A DNA stretch of 64,000 nucleotides from positions 20,988 through 84,987 of the IMG/VR virus record IMGVR_UViG_3300030330_003356; one strand, written 5' to 3'. Numbering within the stretch: the stretch's first letter is position 1; the number at the start of each line of letters is the position of its first letter. The notes under the pieces were generated by a model, which was not told where the DNA came from, did no database searches, and was given only the letters and a program-made list of their open reading frames with translations. The position numbers and the translations under genes were made by a program. Positions 56,416 through 64,000 of this stretch are shown here, piece by piece. The DNA is from a virus. Its lineage: Duplodnaviria; Caudoviricetes.

Positions 56416-56946
56416 ATGGCACTCTGGGGCAATAACGATAATATTACCACAACCGGAATTGTCACCGTTAACTACTCTACCAGAGAAGTGACAGGTTTCA
56501 ATGCAGGATTTGGTGAAAGTGGAAAGATTCAGGCTGGAGATATTATCCGCATTGGATCCCTGACAAAACCAGGAACATATTATGGCGATGCTGTAGTTGT
56601 CAGTATTGCTAGCACTTCTTCCTTGACTATCGCATCTACAGCAGGACTTAGTGGAGCTGCTATCGCTGGCACCTCTTACGTTGCTACTCAATATCCCAAG
56701 TGGGCTGTTGATGGACACAACAGTGAGAGAAACACTGCATACTCTTCACAGAACTATGGTGTCGCTGCCGCAGGTGCTAATGACGCAAGTGGTACAGTAT
56801 ACGAGACTGGTGTAGGTTGGGTTGGTGTTACAACTTACACTGACAATGCTGGCAACCTTAGAGTCAAGAAAGAGATTCTTTGTGCAATGTCTGGTATTAC
56901 CACAGGAAACGCTCCTAGTTATCCTAATATTGAAGCCGCTAACTGA
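56416..56946 (+). CDS. Putative virion structural protein, 176 aa
   Basis: MALWG start, Gly/Ala/Thr-rich, GWVGVTTYTDNAGNLRVKKE; late promoter upstream. Confidence 0.6.
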   Translation: MALWGNNDNITTTGIVTVNYSTREVTGFNAGFGESGKIQAGDIIRIGSLTKPGTYYGDAVVVSIASTSSLTIASTAGLSGAAIAGTSYVATQYPKWAVDGHNSERNTAYSSQNYGVAAAGANDASGTVYETGVGWVGVTTYTDNAGNLRVKKEILCAMSGITTGNAPSYPNIEAAN

Positions 56947-56952
56947 TAAAGG

Positions 56953-57339
56953 ATGTTATTTCATGAATTGAATTCGGAGAACTTTCTCCTCTTTGCCATT
57001 AAAAATTATGAAAATCCTCAGGCAGTAACGAGAGAAGACTTTGATAAAGATCTAAATCATTTTAAGTATATTAAACGGTTGCTTAAAAGGTATAAGTCAA
57101 CTGGTGAGTTGAAGACACATCTTCTTCTCAATCACTTTATTGTACTTTATAATATTTTTGGTGAAGCAACAACACCGATGTTGTTTTTTAAAATTGATGA
57201 GCAAGATTTGTGGAGTTGTCTAAAAACATTTGTGATATTTTTAGATAAACTTCCAGATTATCCTCACACATATATTCATGATTTGGATATAGATGATAAT
57301 TGTTTAAGAGAACTTATTTCTTTTCACAATGAGCAGTAA
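56953..57339 (+). CDS. Conserved T4-like hypothetical protein
   Basis: FLLFAIKNYENP, DLNHFKYIKRLL, LLLNHFIVLYNIFG. Confidence 0.75.
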   Translation: MLFHELNSENFLLFAIKNYENPQAVTREDFDKDLNHFKYIKRLLKRYKSTGELKTHLLLNHFIVLYNIFGEATTPMLFFKIDEQDLWSCLKTFVIFLDKLPDYPHTYIHDLDIDDNCLRELISFHNEQ

Positions 57340-57547
57340 ATCAGTCGATAAGTTTCTACATCTTTTTAGAGAAATGATGGGAGCAGGAGCTATGGGTGCT
57401 CCTACTAACAATGTTGGTAGTGGAAATATCGCTGGTACTGCTGAGGCTGGAGACGATCCACCGGTAAGAAAGAAGAAAAGAAAACCCACACCTGTAGGTA
57501 GATACGGCACTCGCAGAACTTGGCGTCAAAATGGCGGAGCAAATTAA
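57329..57547 (+). CDS. 72-aa protein with Gly-rich middle and basic C-terminus
   Basis: FLHLFRE|MMGAGAMGAPTN...RKKKRK. Confidence 0.65.
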   Translation: MSSKSVDKFLHLFREMMGAGAMGAPTNNVGSGNIAGTAEAGDDPPVRKKKRKPTPVGRYGTRRTWRQNGGAN

Positions 57548-57932
57548 GGTTGCAGTTCTAGAAGAAAGACTTCAAAACTTTGAGGCAGTAGTCTCTAAGT
57601 TAGATTCTGCAATTGAAAAAATTGCTGAGGTAAATAATAATGTGTCAAGGATGCTTGCCGTCCATGAAGAAAGAATCACAAAACAAGAAGAGATCGACTC
57701 GGTATTGTTTGATAAGATCGACAAACTCCGTGATAAAATGGACAGCGATCATGACAACGTTACTAAACGATTATCTTTATTGGAACGAAAACTTTGGGTT
57801 GGTATCGGAGCATTGGGAGCAATATTAGTATTGACAAACCCACAAGCGATCAAAGTTCTTAAACCCTTGTTATCCTCTGCTGAAAGTGCTATAGTAGCAC
57901 CAGCAGTTGCCTTCGTGAATGGATCACATTGA
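57531..57932 (+). CDS. Coiled-coil protein with C-terminal hydrophobic segment, 133 aa
   Basis: Heptad pattern, then KLWVGIGALGAILVL. Confidence 0.7.
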   Translation: MAEQIKVAVLEERLQNFEAVVSKLDSAIEKIAEVNNNVSRMLAVHEERITKQEEIDSVLFDKIDKLRDKMDSDHDNVTKRLSLLERKLWVGIGALGAILVLTNPQAIKVLKPLLSSAESAIVAPAVAFVNGSH

Positions 57933-58890
57933 TTCTAAGTATATCGGGATTATTTCTCCACGCTTAGAGAAGTTCAAGAGAGTAAAGGCAAACCTTTACA
58001 ACTTCCGTTGTCCCATCTGTGGCGACTCGAAGAAGAATAAAAACAAAACACGGGGTTATATTTACTCTGTGAAAGCGAATACAAACTTCAAGTGTCACAA
58101 CTGTGGTGCTTCAATGTCGTTTAATAATTTTTTGAAGCATGTAGATCCTCCGACTCATAAGCAATACTCATTAGAGAAATTCAAAGAAGGACACTCAGGT
58201 GGTAGGAATTTTGTTGTTGAAGAACCTGACTTTAAGTTTGAGGCACCAAAATTCAAAAAGAGTCTGAAACTTCCAAAGGCATCGGAAAATCCTAAAGCAT
58301 CTGGATATTTGACTGCAAGGAAACTTGATACCTCTCAGTTTTACTACGCAAAGAAGTTTAAAAAGTTTGTAAATACACTCAAACCAACCTTTGATGATAC
58401 TCGCTATGATGAGGAGAGAATCATCATTCCAATCTATTACAACAAAAATTTGATTGGACTTCAGGGAAGATCCATAGATCCTAACCCTGTTAAATATATC
58501 ACTGTGATGCTTGATGATGACGCACCAAAAATCTATGGACTGGATAACATCAGAACAGATGCTCCAGTCTACGTTACAGAAGGGCCTTTCGACAGCACGT
58601 TCCTTCGCAACGCGATTGCAATGTGCGGTGCTGACGCTGATGTTAGTAAGTGGGGGATTAGCAATCCTGTGTGGATCTATGATAACGAACCACGCAACAG
58701 AGAGATCGTCAATCGAATCAGTAAAACAATCGATAGTGGCGACTCCGTAGTTATTTTTCCATCATCTATGGATGAGAAAGATATCAACGATATGATAATC
58801 GCTGGACATGATGTTCAGAAGATTGTAGAATGTAACACGTACAGTGGCTTGGAAGCAAAACTTAAATTCAACACCTGGAAGAAAATATGA
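57919..58890 (+). CDS. gp61: DNA primase gp61
   Basis: Zn finger CPICGDS...CHNC; TOPRIM VTEGPFDS, IYDNE, KDIND. Confidence 0.95.
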   Translation: MDHIDSKYIGIISPRLEKFKRVKANLYNFRCPICGDSKKNKNKTRGYIYSVKANTNFKCHNCGASMSFNNFLKHVDPPTHKQYSLEKFKEGHSGGRNFVVEEPDFKFEAPKFKKSLKLPKASENPKASGYLTARKLDTSQFYYAKKFKKFVNTLKPTFDDTRYDEERIIIPIYYNKNLIGLQGRSIDPNPVKYITVMLDDDAPKIYGLDNIRTDAPVYVTEGPFDSTFLRNAIAMCGADADVSKWGISNPVWIYDNEPRNREIVNRISKTIDSGDSVVIFPSSMDEKDINDMIIAGHDVQKIVECNTYSGLEAKLKFNTWKKI

Positions 58891-61184
58891 GTAACGGTAT
58901 TAAGGTTAAAAAACGAGACGGTAGAATTGAGTCTCTTGATTTGGATAAAATGCATCTGATGGTTGATGAAGCAACCAAAGGACTTGCAGGTGTTTCAGCC
59001 AGTCAGGTTGAGATGAAGTCTGGTATTCAGTTCTATGATGGCATCACCACTGAAGAAATTCAGGAAATTCTGATTCGTGCTGCTTCTGATCTGATTGATT
59101 TGGATCACCCCAACTATCAGTTTGTCGCTGCCAGATTGCTTCTGTTCTCGCTTAGGAAGCAACTCTATGGCAAGATGAGAGAACTGCCTCATCTTGAGGC
59201 ACATATCATGGATTGCACTGCAAAAGAAGTGTATGACAAAGATATTTTTATTAAATATTCTAAGGAAGAAATTGCGAAAGCAAATTCTTATATTGATCAT
59301 ACCCGTGACTTTCTGTTTACATATGCTGGACTGCGCCAGGTAGCAGACAAGTATCTGGTTCAGGATCGCAGTACTGGTGGAGTGTATGAAACTCCTCAGT
59401 TCATGTATATGATGATTGCTCTGACTATTTTTGCAGAGTATCCCAAAGACACTAGGATGTCTTACGTCAAGAGGTATTATGACGCAATCTCAAAGCACAA
59501 AATCAACATTCCCACACCTATCATGGCAGGAGTGCGAACTCCACTTCGACAATTTGCTAGCTGTGTGCTTGTTGATGTTGATGACACCCTCGATTCTATC
59601 TTTACTTCTGATATGGCAATTGGCCGGTACGTTGCACAAAGGGCGGGAATCGGTATCAACGCAGGCAGAATCCGTGGCATCAACAGTAAAATCCGAGGTG
59701 GAGAAGTTCAACACACAGGTGTTGTACCATTCCTTAAAAAGTTTGAATCGACTGTCAGATGCTGTACACAGAATGGAATTCGTGGTGGCTCAGCAACTGT
59801 CCACTTCCCAATCTGGCACCAAGAAATCGAAGACATCATCGTCCTGAAGAATAACAAAGGCACAGAGGACAACCGCGTAAGGAAACTTGACTATTCCATC
59901 CAGATTTCAAAACTTTTCTACGAACGTTTCATCGCTGATGGAGAGATTAGCCTCTTCTCACCGCATGACGTACCAGGTTTATATGACGCTTTTGGTACTG
60001 ATAGGTTCGATGATCTATATGTTAGTTTTGAACGAAATGAGTTTATTCCAAGAAAGACTATCGGGGCACAGAAACTGATCCTTGATCTTCTGAAGGAGCG
60101 TGCAGAGACTGGACGCCTCTATATCATGAACATTGATCACTGTAACTCCCATTCCTCCTTTAAAGATAAGGTTGAGATGTCTAATCTCTGCCAAGAAATC
60201 ACTCTTCCAACCTATCCTCTGAATCATATTGACGATGAGTTTGGTGAGATTGCACTTTGCATTCTGTCTGCTATCAACGTTGGTAAAGTCAAGTCTGATG
60301 AAGAACTTGAGAATCTTTGTGATCTTTCTGTTCGTGGACTGGAAGAACTGATTGACTATCAGAAGTACCCTGTAAAGGCGGCAGAAATCGCTACAAGGGC
60401 GCGTAGATCGCTTGGTATTGGATTCATTGGTTTAGCGCATTATTTGGCGAAATTGGGTTATAATTATGGATCTCAAGAGGCATGGGATGCAGTCCATGGA
60501 CTTGCTGAGTCCTTCCAGTATTACCTTCTGAAGGCGTCTAATCAACTTGCCAAGGAAAAGGGACACTGCGAATACTTTGGGCGTACTAAGTATGCAGATG
60601 GTATTCTTCCTATCGATACTTACAAGAAAGATGTTGATGAAATTTCTAGTCAAGAATTAGCACATGATTGGGAAAGTCTTAGAGAGTCTATCTCCACCCA
60701 CGGATTACGGCACTCAACATTGTCTGCTCAGATGCCATCGGAGAGCAGTTCCGTTGTGTCAAACGCAACAAATGGAATCGAACCACCTAGAGACTATTTG
60801 TCCGTTAAGAAGAGCAAGAAGGGCCCGCTTAAACAGATCGTACCGTCTTACGCGACTCTTAAAAATAATTACACCCTTTTGTGGGATATGCCTAACAATA
60901 GGGGTTATATTAATGTTGTTGCTGTGATGCAGAAATTCTTTGATCAAGCAATTTCTGGTAACTGGAGTTATAATCCAGAGCATTATCCTGATAATGAAGT
61001 CCCAGTGTCCGTCATGGCACAAGACTTTTTGACTACATATAAGTACGGTTGGAAAACCTCTTACTATCAGAATACAAATGATCTTAAGTCTGATGAAGTA
61101 GAGGACGACAAAGAAAAACTGAATAGTATCATCCAAGAATTAGAACAAGCCGAGGAGGGAGAGTGTGAATCCTGTGCAGTTTAA
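58887..61184 (+). CDS. nrdA: Class Ia ribonucleotide reductase alpha subunit
   Basis: ATP cone VKKRDG, PTPIMAG, FASCVL, SNLCQEI, AQMPSESSS, C-terminal CESCAV. Confidence 0.97.
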   Translation: MSNGIKVKKRDGRIESLDLDKMHLMVDEATKGLAGVSASQVEMKSGIQFYDGITTEEIQEILIRAASDLIDLDHPNYQFVAARLLLFSLRKQLYGKMRELPHLEAHIMDCTAKEVYDKDIFIKYSKEEIAKANSYIDHTRDFLFTYAGLRQVADKYLVQDRSTGGVYETPQFMYMMIALTIFAEYPKDTRMSYVKRYYDAISKHKINIPTPIMAGVRTPLRQFASCVLVDVDDTLDSIFTSDMAIGRYVAQRAGIGINAGRIRGINSKIRGGEVQHTGVVPFLKKFESTVRCCTQNGIRGGSATVHFPIWHQEIEDIIVLKNNKGTEDNRVRKLDYSIQISKLFYERFIADGEISLFSPHDVPGLYDAFGTDRFDDLYVSFERNEFIPRKTIGAQKLILDLLKERAETGRLYIMNIDHCNSHSSFKDKVEMSNLCQEITLPTYPLNHIDDEFGEIALCILSAINVGKVKSDEELENLCDLSVRGLEELIDYQKYPVKAAEIATRARRSLGIGFIGLAHYLAKLGYNYGSQEAWDAVHGLAESFQYYLLKASNQLAKEKGHCEYFGRTKYADGILPIDTYKKDVDEISSQELAHDWESLRESISTHGLRHSTLSAQMPSESSSVVSNATNGIEPPRDYLSVKKSKKGPLKQIVPSYATLKNNYTLLWDMPNNRGYINVVAVMQKFFDQAISGNWSYNPEHYPDNEVPVSVMAQDFLTTYKYGWKTSYYQNTNDLKSDEVEDDKEKLNSIIQELEQAEEGECESCAV

Positions 61185-62355
61185 GGTTTCATCCGTAGAC
61201 GACAAGAAGACAGAAGTCAAAGGGATGACTGTCTTCAATACAGAACAAGTAGATACCAAAAAGCAACCGATGTTTTTTGGAAAACCTCTGGGAGTCCAGA
61301 GGTATGATTCCTATAAGTATCCAGTTTTTGATAAACTGACTACACAACAACTTGGATACTTTTGGCGTCCTGAAGAAGTATCTCTGCAGAAAGATCGCGG
61401 AGATTATCAAACTCTTCGTCCAGAGCAAAAGCACATCTATACTTCTAATCTGAAGTATCAGATTATGCTTGACTCTATTCAGGGTAGAGGGCCTGGAATG
61501 GCATTCATTCCTTACTGCTCTCTTCCTGAGTTGGAAGCATGTATGGAAGTCTGGGGATTCATGGAAATGATCCACAGTCGCTCCTACACTTACATCATCA
61601 AGAACGTCTATGCGGATCCCTCAGAGGTATTCGATAAGATTGTCACCGACAAGCGTATTCTGGAGCGTGCTAGCAGCGTTACAGAGGCATATGATGACTT
61701 TATCAACGGTGCCCAGAACTGGGGCAACGGACAGATGTGGAAGGAAGATTTCAGAGATTCACCTACCGCACAATGGGAGATCAAAGATGTCAAGCGTAGA
61801 CTCTACAGAGCAGTCGCAAACGTTAACATTCTTGAAGGTATTCGGTTCTACGTTAGTTTTGCTTGTAGTTTCGCCTTTGGTGAACTTAAGCTTATGGAAG
61901 GATCAGCTAAAGTCATCTCTCTTATCGCAAGAGACGAAAACCAACACCTAGCAATCACTCAGAATATTCTGAACAAGTGGAGAGCAGGTGATGATCCTGA
62001 AATGAAGCAGATCATGAAGGAAGAGGAGGAGTGGACGTACAAGATGTTTGATCGTGCTGTCAACGAAGAGAAGCGTTGGGCAGACTATCTGTTCAAGGAT
62101 GGTTCAATGATCGGACTGAATGACAAACTTCTTCAGCAGTACGTTGAATGGATTGCAAACCGTCGTCTGAAAGCAATCGGACTCAAACCGCAGTATGATA
62201 TTGCTGCATCGGCTAACCCACTGCCCTGGACACAGCACTGGATCTCCTCTAAGGGACTCCAAGTTGCCCCTCAGGAGACTGAAGTTGAGTCCTATGTGGT
62301 TGGTGGCATTAAGCAGGATGTGAAAAAGGACACATTCAGTGGTTTCCAACTCTGA
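61165..62355 (+). CDS. nrdB: Class Ia ribonucleotide reductase beta subunit
   Basis: FWRPEEV, QIMLDSIQ, EMIHSRSY, LEGIRFYVSF, RDENQH, APQETE. Confidence 0.97.
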   Translation: MNPVQFKVSSVDDKKTEVKGMTVFNTEQVDTKKQPMFFGKPLGVQRYDSYKYPVFDKLTTQQLGYFWRPEEVSLQKDRGDYQTLRPEQKHIYTSNLKYQIMLDSIQGRGPGMAFIPYCSLPELEACMEVWGFMEMIHSRSYTYIIKNVYADPSEVFDKIVTDKRILERASSVTEAYDDFINGAQNWGNGQMWKEDFRDSPTAQWEIKDVKRRLYRAVANVNILEGIRFYVSFACSFAFGELKLMEGSAKVISLIARDENQHLAITQNILNKWRAGDDPEMKQIMKEEEEWTYKMFDRAVNEEKRWADYLFKDGSMIGLNDKLLQQYVEWIANRRLKAIGLKPQYDIAASANPLPWTQHWISSKGLQVAPQETEVESYVVGGIKQDVKKDTFSGFQL

Positions 62356-62391
62356 TTGCTGCTATACATAAGGGGAGTAACATCCCCTTAT

Positions 62392-62553
62392 ATGCCACGT
62401 AATCAAATTACTGTTGCAGAGATCAAAACAAAAGTAGAGAAAATTAAAAATGAACTCTACTGGGAAGAAGGAAAGTATGGAGAAGAAGCAAGAGGTTTAG
62501 CACATAAATATGTCAACATGGTGCTAGACGCTATTGATGAGTATCGAATGTGA
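62392..62553 (+). CDS. 53-aa hypothetical protein
   Basis: MPRNQITVAEIKTKVEKIKNELYW...; ATG directly after a 9-bp hairpin. Confidence 0.6.
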   Translation: MPRNQITVAEIKTKVEKIKNELYWEEGKYGEEARGLAHKYVNMVLDAIDEYRM

Positions 62554-62995
62554 TTATGAAAACCCATGGTATTTTGAGGGAACCCCTTTTTTATCTGAGA
62601 ATATTGACGATAACTTCGGTTTTGTCTATCTCATTACAAATCTCTCAAACAATCGCCAGTACATCGGCAGGAAATACTTTTGGCAGTTTAGAACTCCAAG
62701 AGGTAAAAAACGAAAAGTAAAATCTGAATCTGATTGGAAAAAGTATTATGGTTCTTGTCCAGAACTTAAGGAAGACATTATCAAATTCGGCAAGCAAAAT
62801 TTTAGCAGATCTATTATCAGTCTTCATAAGACGAAGGGCAAAACTAATTTTGAAGAAACCAGACAACTCTTCATCAACGGAGTCCTCACCGAATCCCTTG
62901 ACACAGGAGAACCCAAATACTATAATAGCAACATCCTCAGCAGATACTTCCGAAAAGATTATTATGGAGACGGATGTGGTGATGCAAGCTCGTGA
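62534..62995 (+). CDS. GIY-YIG family endonuclease-like protein
   Basis: GFVYLITN...QYIGRK, YYGS, FSRSII, E and YYNSNI in GIY-YIG order. Confidence 0.75.
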   Translation: MMSIECDYENPWYFEGTPFLSENIDDNFGFVYLITNLSNNRQYIGRKYFWQFRTPRGKKRKVKSESDWKKYYGSCPELKEDIIKFGKQNFSRSIISLHKTKGKTNFEETRQLFINGVLTESLDTGEPKYYNSNILSRYFRKDYYGDGCGDASS

Positions 62996-63167
62996 TTGGG
63001 CTATCAAACGTATTGAAGAGATGGCAACAACCGAATCAGTAGATCAAATCTACGATAGACTTGCGATGATGGATGAATGGTACGAATGGTTCGATCTTGA
63101 CAAAATGGATGGAATGGACTATATTGTACTCGAAGACACAACTCAGAATTCTGAGTCAGAGATCTGA
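62964..63167 (+). CDS. 67-aa acidic hypothetical protein
   Basis: METDVVMQARDWAIKRIEE...DEWYEWFD; internal ATG of the 62748 track ORF. Confidence 0.6.
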   Translation: METDVVMQARDWAIKRIEEMATTESVDQIYDRLAMMDEWYEWFDLDKMDGMDYIVLEDTTQNSESEI

Positions 63168-63178
63168 GTCTTCTTTCT

Positions 63179-63251
63179 GGGTACGTAGCATAATGGATAA
63201 TGCCCCCGCCTTCTAAGCGGTAGATTGTAGGTTCGAGTCCTACCGTACCTG
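63179..63251 (+). tRNA. tRNA-Arg(TCT)
   Basis: Acceptor GGGTACG/CGTACCT, D arm GCAT/ATGC, loop CT-TCT-AA, T arm GTAGG-TTCGAGT-CCTAC; no encoded CCA. Confidence 0.92.
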
Positions 63252-63303
63252 CTAGGCATTAAGAGAGTCCCACCACCACTCCTCTCTTATGTAAGTCCTT
63301 ATC

Positions 63304-63375
63304 GCGGGATTAGTTCAGTGGTAGAACGTCAGCCTTCCAAGCTGAATGTCGTCGGTTCGAGTCCGATATCCCGCT
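63304..63375 (+). tRNA. tRNA-Gly(TCC)
   Basis: Acceptor GCGGGAT/ATCCCGC, anticodon arm TCAGC-CTTCCAA-GCTGA, TTCGAGT loop. Confidence 0.95.
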
Positions 63376-63377
63376 TA

Positions 63378-63492
63378 ACGGATTGGCGACATCCGTGCTC
63401 ACATTTCCGAGATAAAAAAGAATCGGAGCAACAACCCATGTGAGAGAGGGGTGGGATCCCCCTTGGTGCTACCGCTGCTGACGAGTAGCGGT
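63378..63492 (+). ncRNA. Candidate structured non-coding RNA between tRNA-Gly and tRNA-Asn
   Basis: Five helices folded by hand in 115 nt (see findings); no plausible ORF. Confidence 0.6.
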
Positions 63493-63501
63493 TATTCTTA
63501 A

Positions 63502-63574
63502 TCCTCTATAGCTCAGTTGGTAGAGCAGGTGACTGTTAATCACCCTGTCCCTGGTTCGAGTCCAGGTGGAGGAG
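63502..63574 (+). tRNA. tRNA-Asn(GTT)
   Basis: Acceptor TCCTCTA/TGGAGGA, anticodon arm GGTGA-CTGTTAA-TCACC, T arm CCTGG-TTCGAGT-CCAGG. Confidence 0.95.
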
Positions 63575-63577
63575 TAC

Positions 63578-63649
63578 GGGAGTTTGGCGCAGCGGTAGCG
63601 CATCTGCTTTACACGCAGCTGGTCACTGGTTCGATCCCAGTAACTCCCA
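63578..63649 (+). tRNA. tRNA-Val(TAC)
   Basis: Acceptor GGGAGTT/AACTCCC, D arm GCGC/GCGC, loop TT-TAC-AC, T arm ACTGG-TTCGATC-CCAGT. Confidence 0.92.
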
Positions 63650-63673
63650 TTCCCTCTAAGAGGTTTATGAAAA

Positions 63674-63922
63674 ATGATTACCGTAAGATGCAAAGAATGT
63701 GGAAAGGAATTGACTTCCACTAGTAAGGTACAATTCTGTGGTTGTCCCAACCAAGTAAGAGTTGTGGACAATAAAGTTGGTGCTGTTGACTTAGAGAAAG
63801 TTGTAATGGTATCCAACAACGTAGAGAATAAGATTAATAGTCATTTCTCTAGAACAGAACTTCTCTACCAAGAGGAGAGACGTAGACGCAAGGTTCGTAG
63901 ACTGGATTTTGAAGTCAAATAG
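63674..63922 (+). CDS. 82-aa Cys-containing (Zn-binding-like) hypothetical protein inside the tRNA cluster
   Basis: RCKECG...FCGCPN; basic C-terminus RRRRKVRRL; GAGG upstream. Confidence 0.7.
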   Translation: MITVRCKECGKELTSTSKVQFCGCPNQVRVVDNKVGAVDLEKVVMVSNNVENKINSHFSRTELLYQEERRRRKVRRLDFEVK

Positions 63923-64000
63923 GAAGAGTGGTCGAGTGGTTTATGGCACTGGTCTTGAAAACCAGCGAGGGTGCAAGTCCTCCGTGGGTTCAAATCCCAC
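63922..64000 (+). tRNA. tRNA-Ser(TGA), 3'-truncated by the window edge
   Basis: GGAAGAG-TGGTCGAGTGG, anticodon arm CTGGT-CTTGAAA-ACCAG, long variable arm, T arm GTGGG-TTCAAAT-CCCAC. Confidence 0.92.

Noticed and set aside
58887-62355. Possible introns or inteins in nrdA/nrdB (also checked gp43, gp41, gp17, uvsX, gp46)
   Set aside because: Each is a single uninterrupted ORF of ordinary length with motifs in expected order; no intein C-terminal HN-C/S/T block or frame break was seen.
62748-62963. Upstream extensions given by the ORF track (62748, 62356, 50677, 48272, 38620, 34447, 18566)
   Set aside because: They overlap neighbouring genes or regulatory hairpins; internal ATGs with coupling or SD signals fit better.
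63141-63170. Perfect 16-bp palindrome ACTCAGAATTCTGAGT and repeated CTGAGTC before tRNA-Arg
   Set aside because: Single occurrence inside the end of a small ORF; could be an operator or chance, and nothing else supports a function.
1-64000. CRISPR arrays, IS elements, integrase or att sites, rRNA
   Set aside because: No regularly spaced direct repeats, transposase or recombinase motifs, or rRNA-like sequence found by eye.
1-64000. Alternative genetic code or programmed frameshifts
   Set aside because: All core genes translate full length with the standard code, TAA, TGA and TAG all serve as stops, and junctions are ordinary stop/start overlaps.

Overview
The window is the core of a T4-like myovirus genome, almost certainly a cyanophage of the Kyanoviridae type. 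All convincing genes lie on the + strand. Order: the 3' part of a very large VrlC-like virion protein, neck/tail-completion/terminase genes (gp13-gp17), sheath, tube, portal, protease, scaffold and capsid genes (gp18-gp23), gp3, uvsY, uvsW, gp55, gp47/46, a vWA-peptidase plus CobS-like AAA pair, gp45/44/62, regA, hsp20, gp43, uvsX, gp41, mazG, a nucleotidyltransferase-led late cluster, gp61, nrdA/nrdB, a GIY-YIG nuclease and a five-tRNA cluster that runs off the right edge. I see no introns, inteins, CRISPR arrays or photosynthesis genes. Best candidates for undescribed biology: (1) an apparent capsid-cargo system. Three ORFs (15078, 53048, 55399) read as strings of short, very basic modules joined by acidic linkers ending in [LIV]-x-E, the T4 gp21 prohead-protease consensus, and a neighbouring HIGH-family nucleotidyltransferase starts with a T4-like capsid-targeting sequence (MKSFFQFLGE|A). 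(2) A ROSE-like RNA thermometer (UCGCU with a bulged G paired to the Shine-Dalgarno) in the phage hsp20 leader. (3) A five-helix structured RNA and a C-rich-loop hairpin between the tRNA genes. (4) Dual terminator/promoter junctions, one opening a ParB-like gene apparently inserted with a duplication of the regA 3' end. Family names come from motif recognition by eye, not from database searches.
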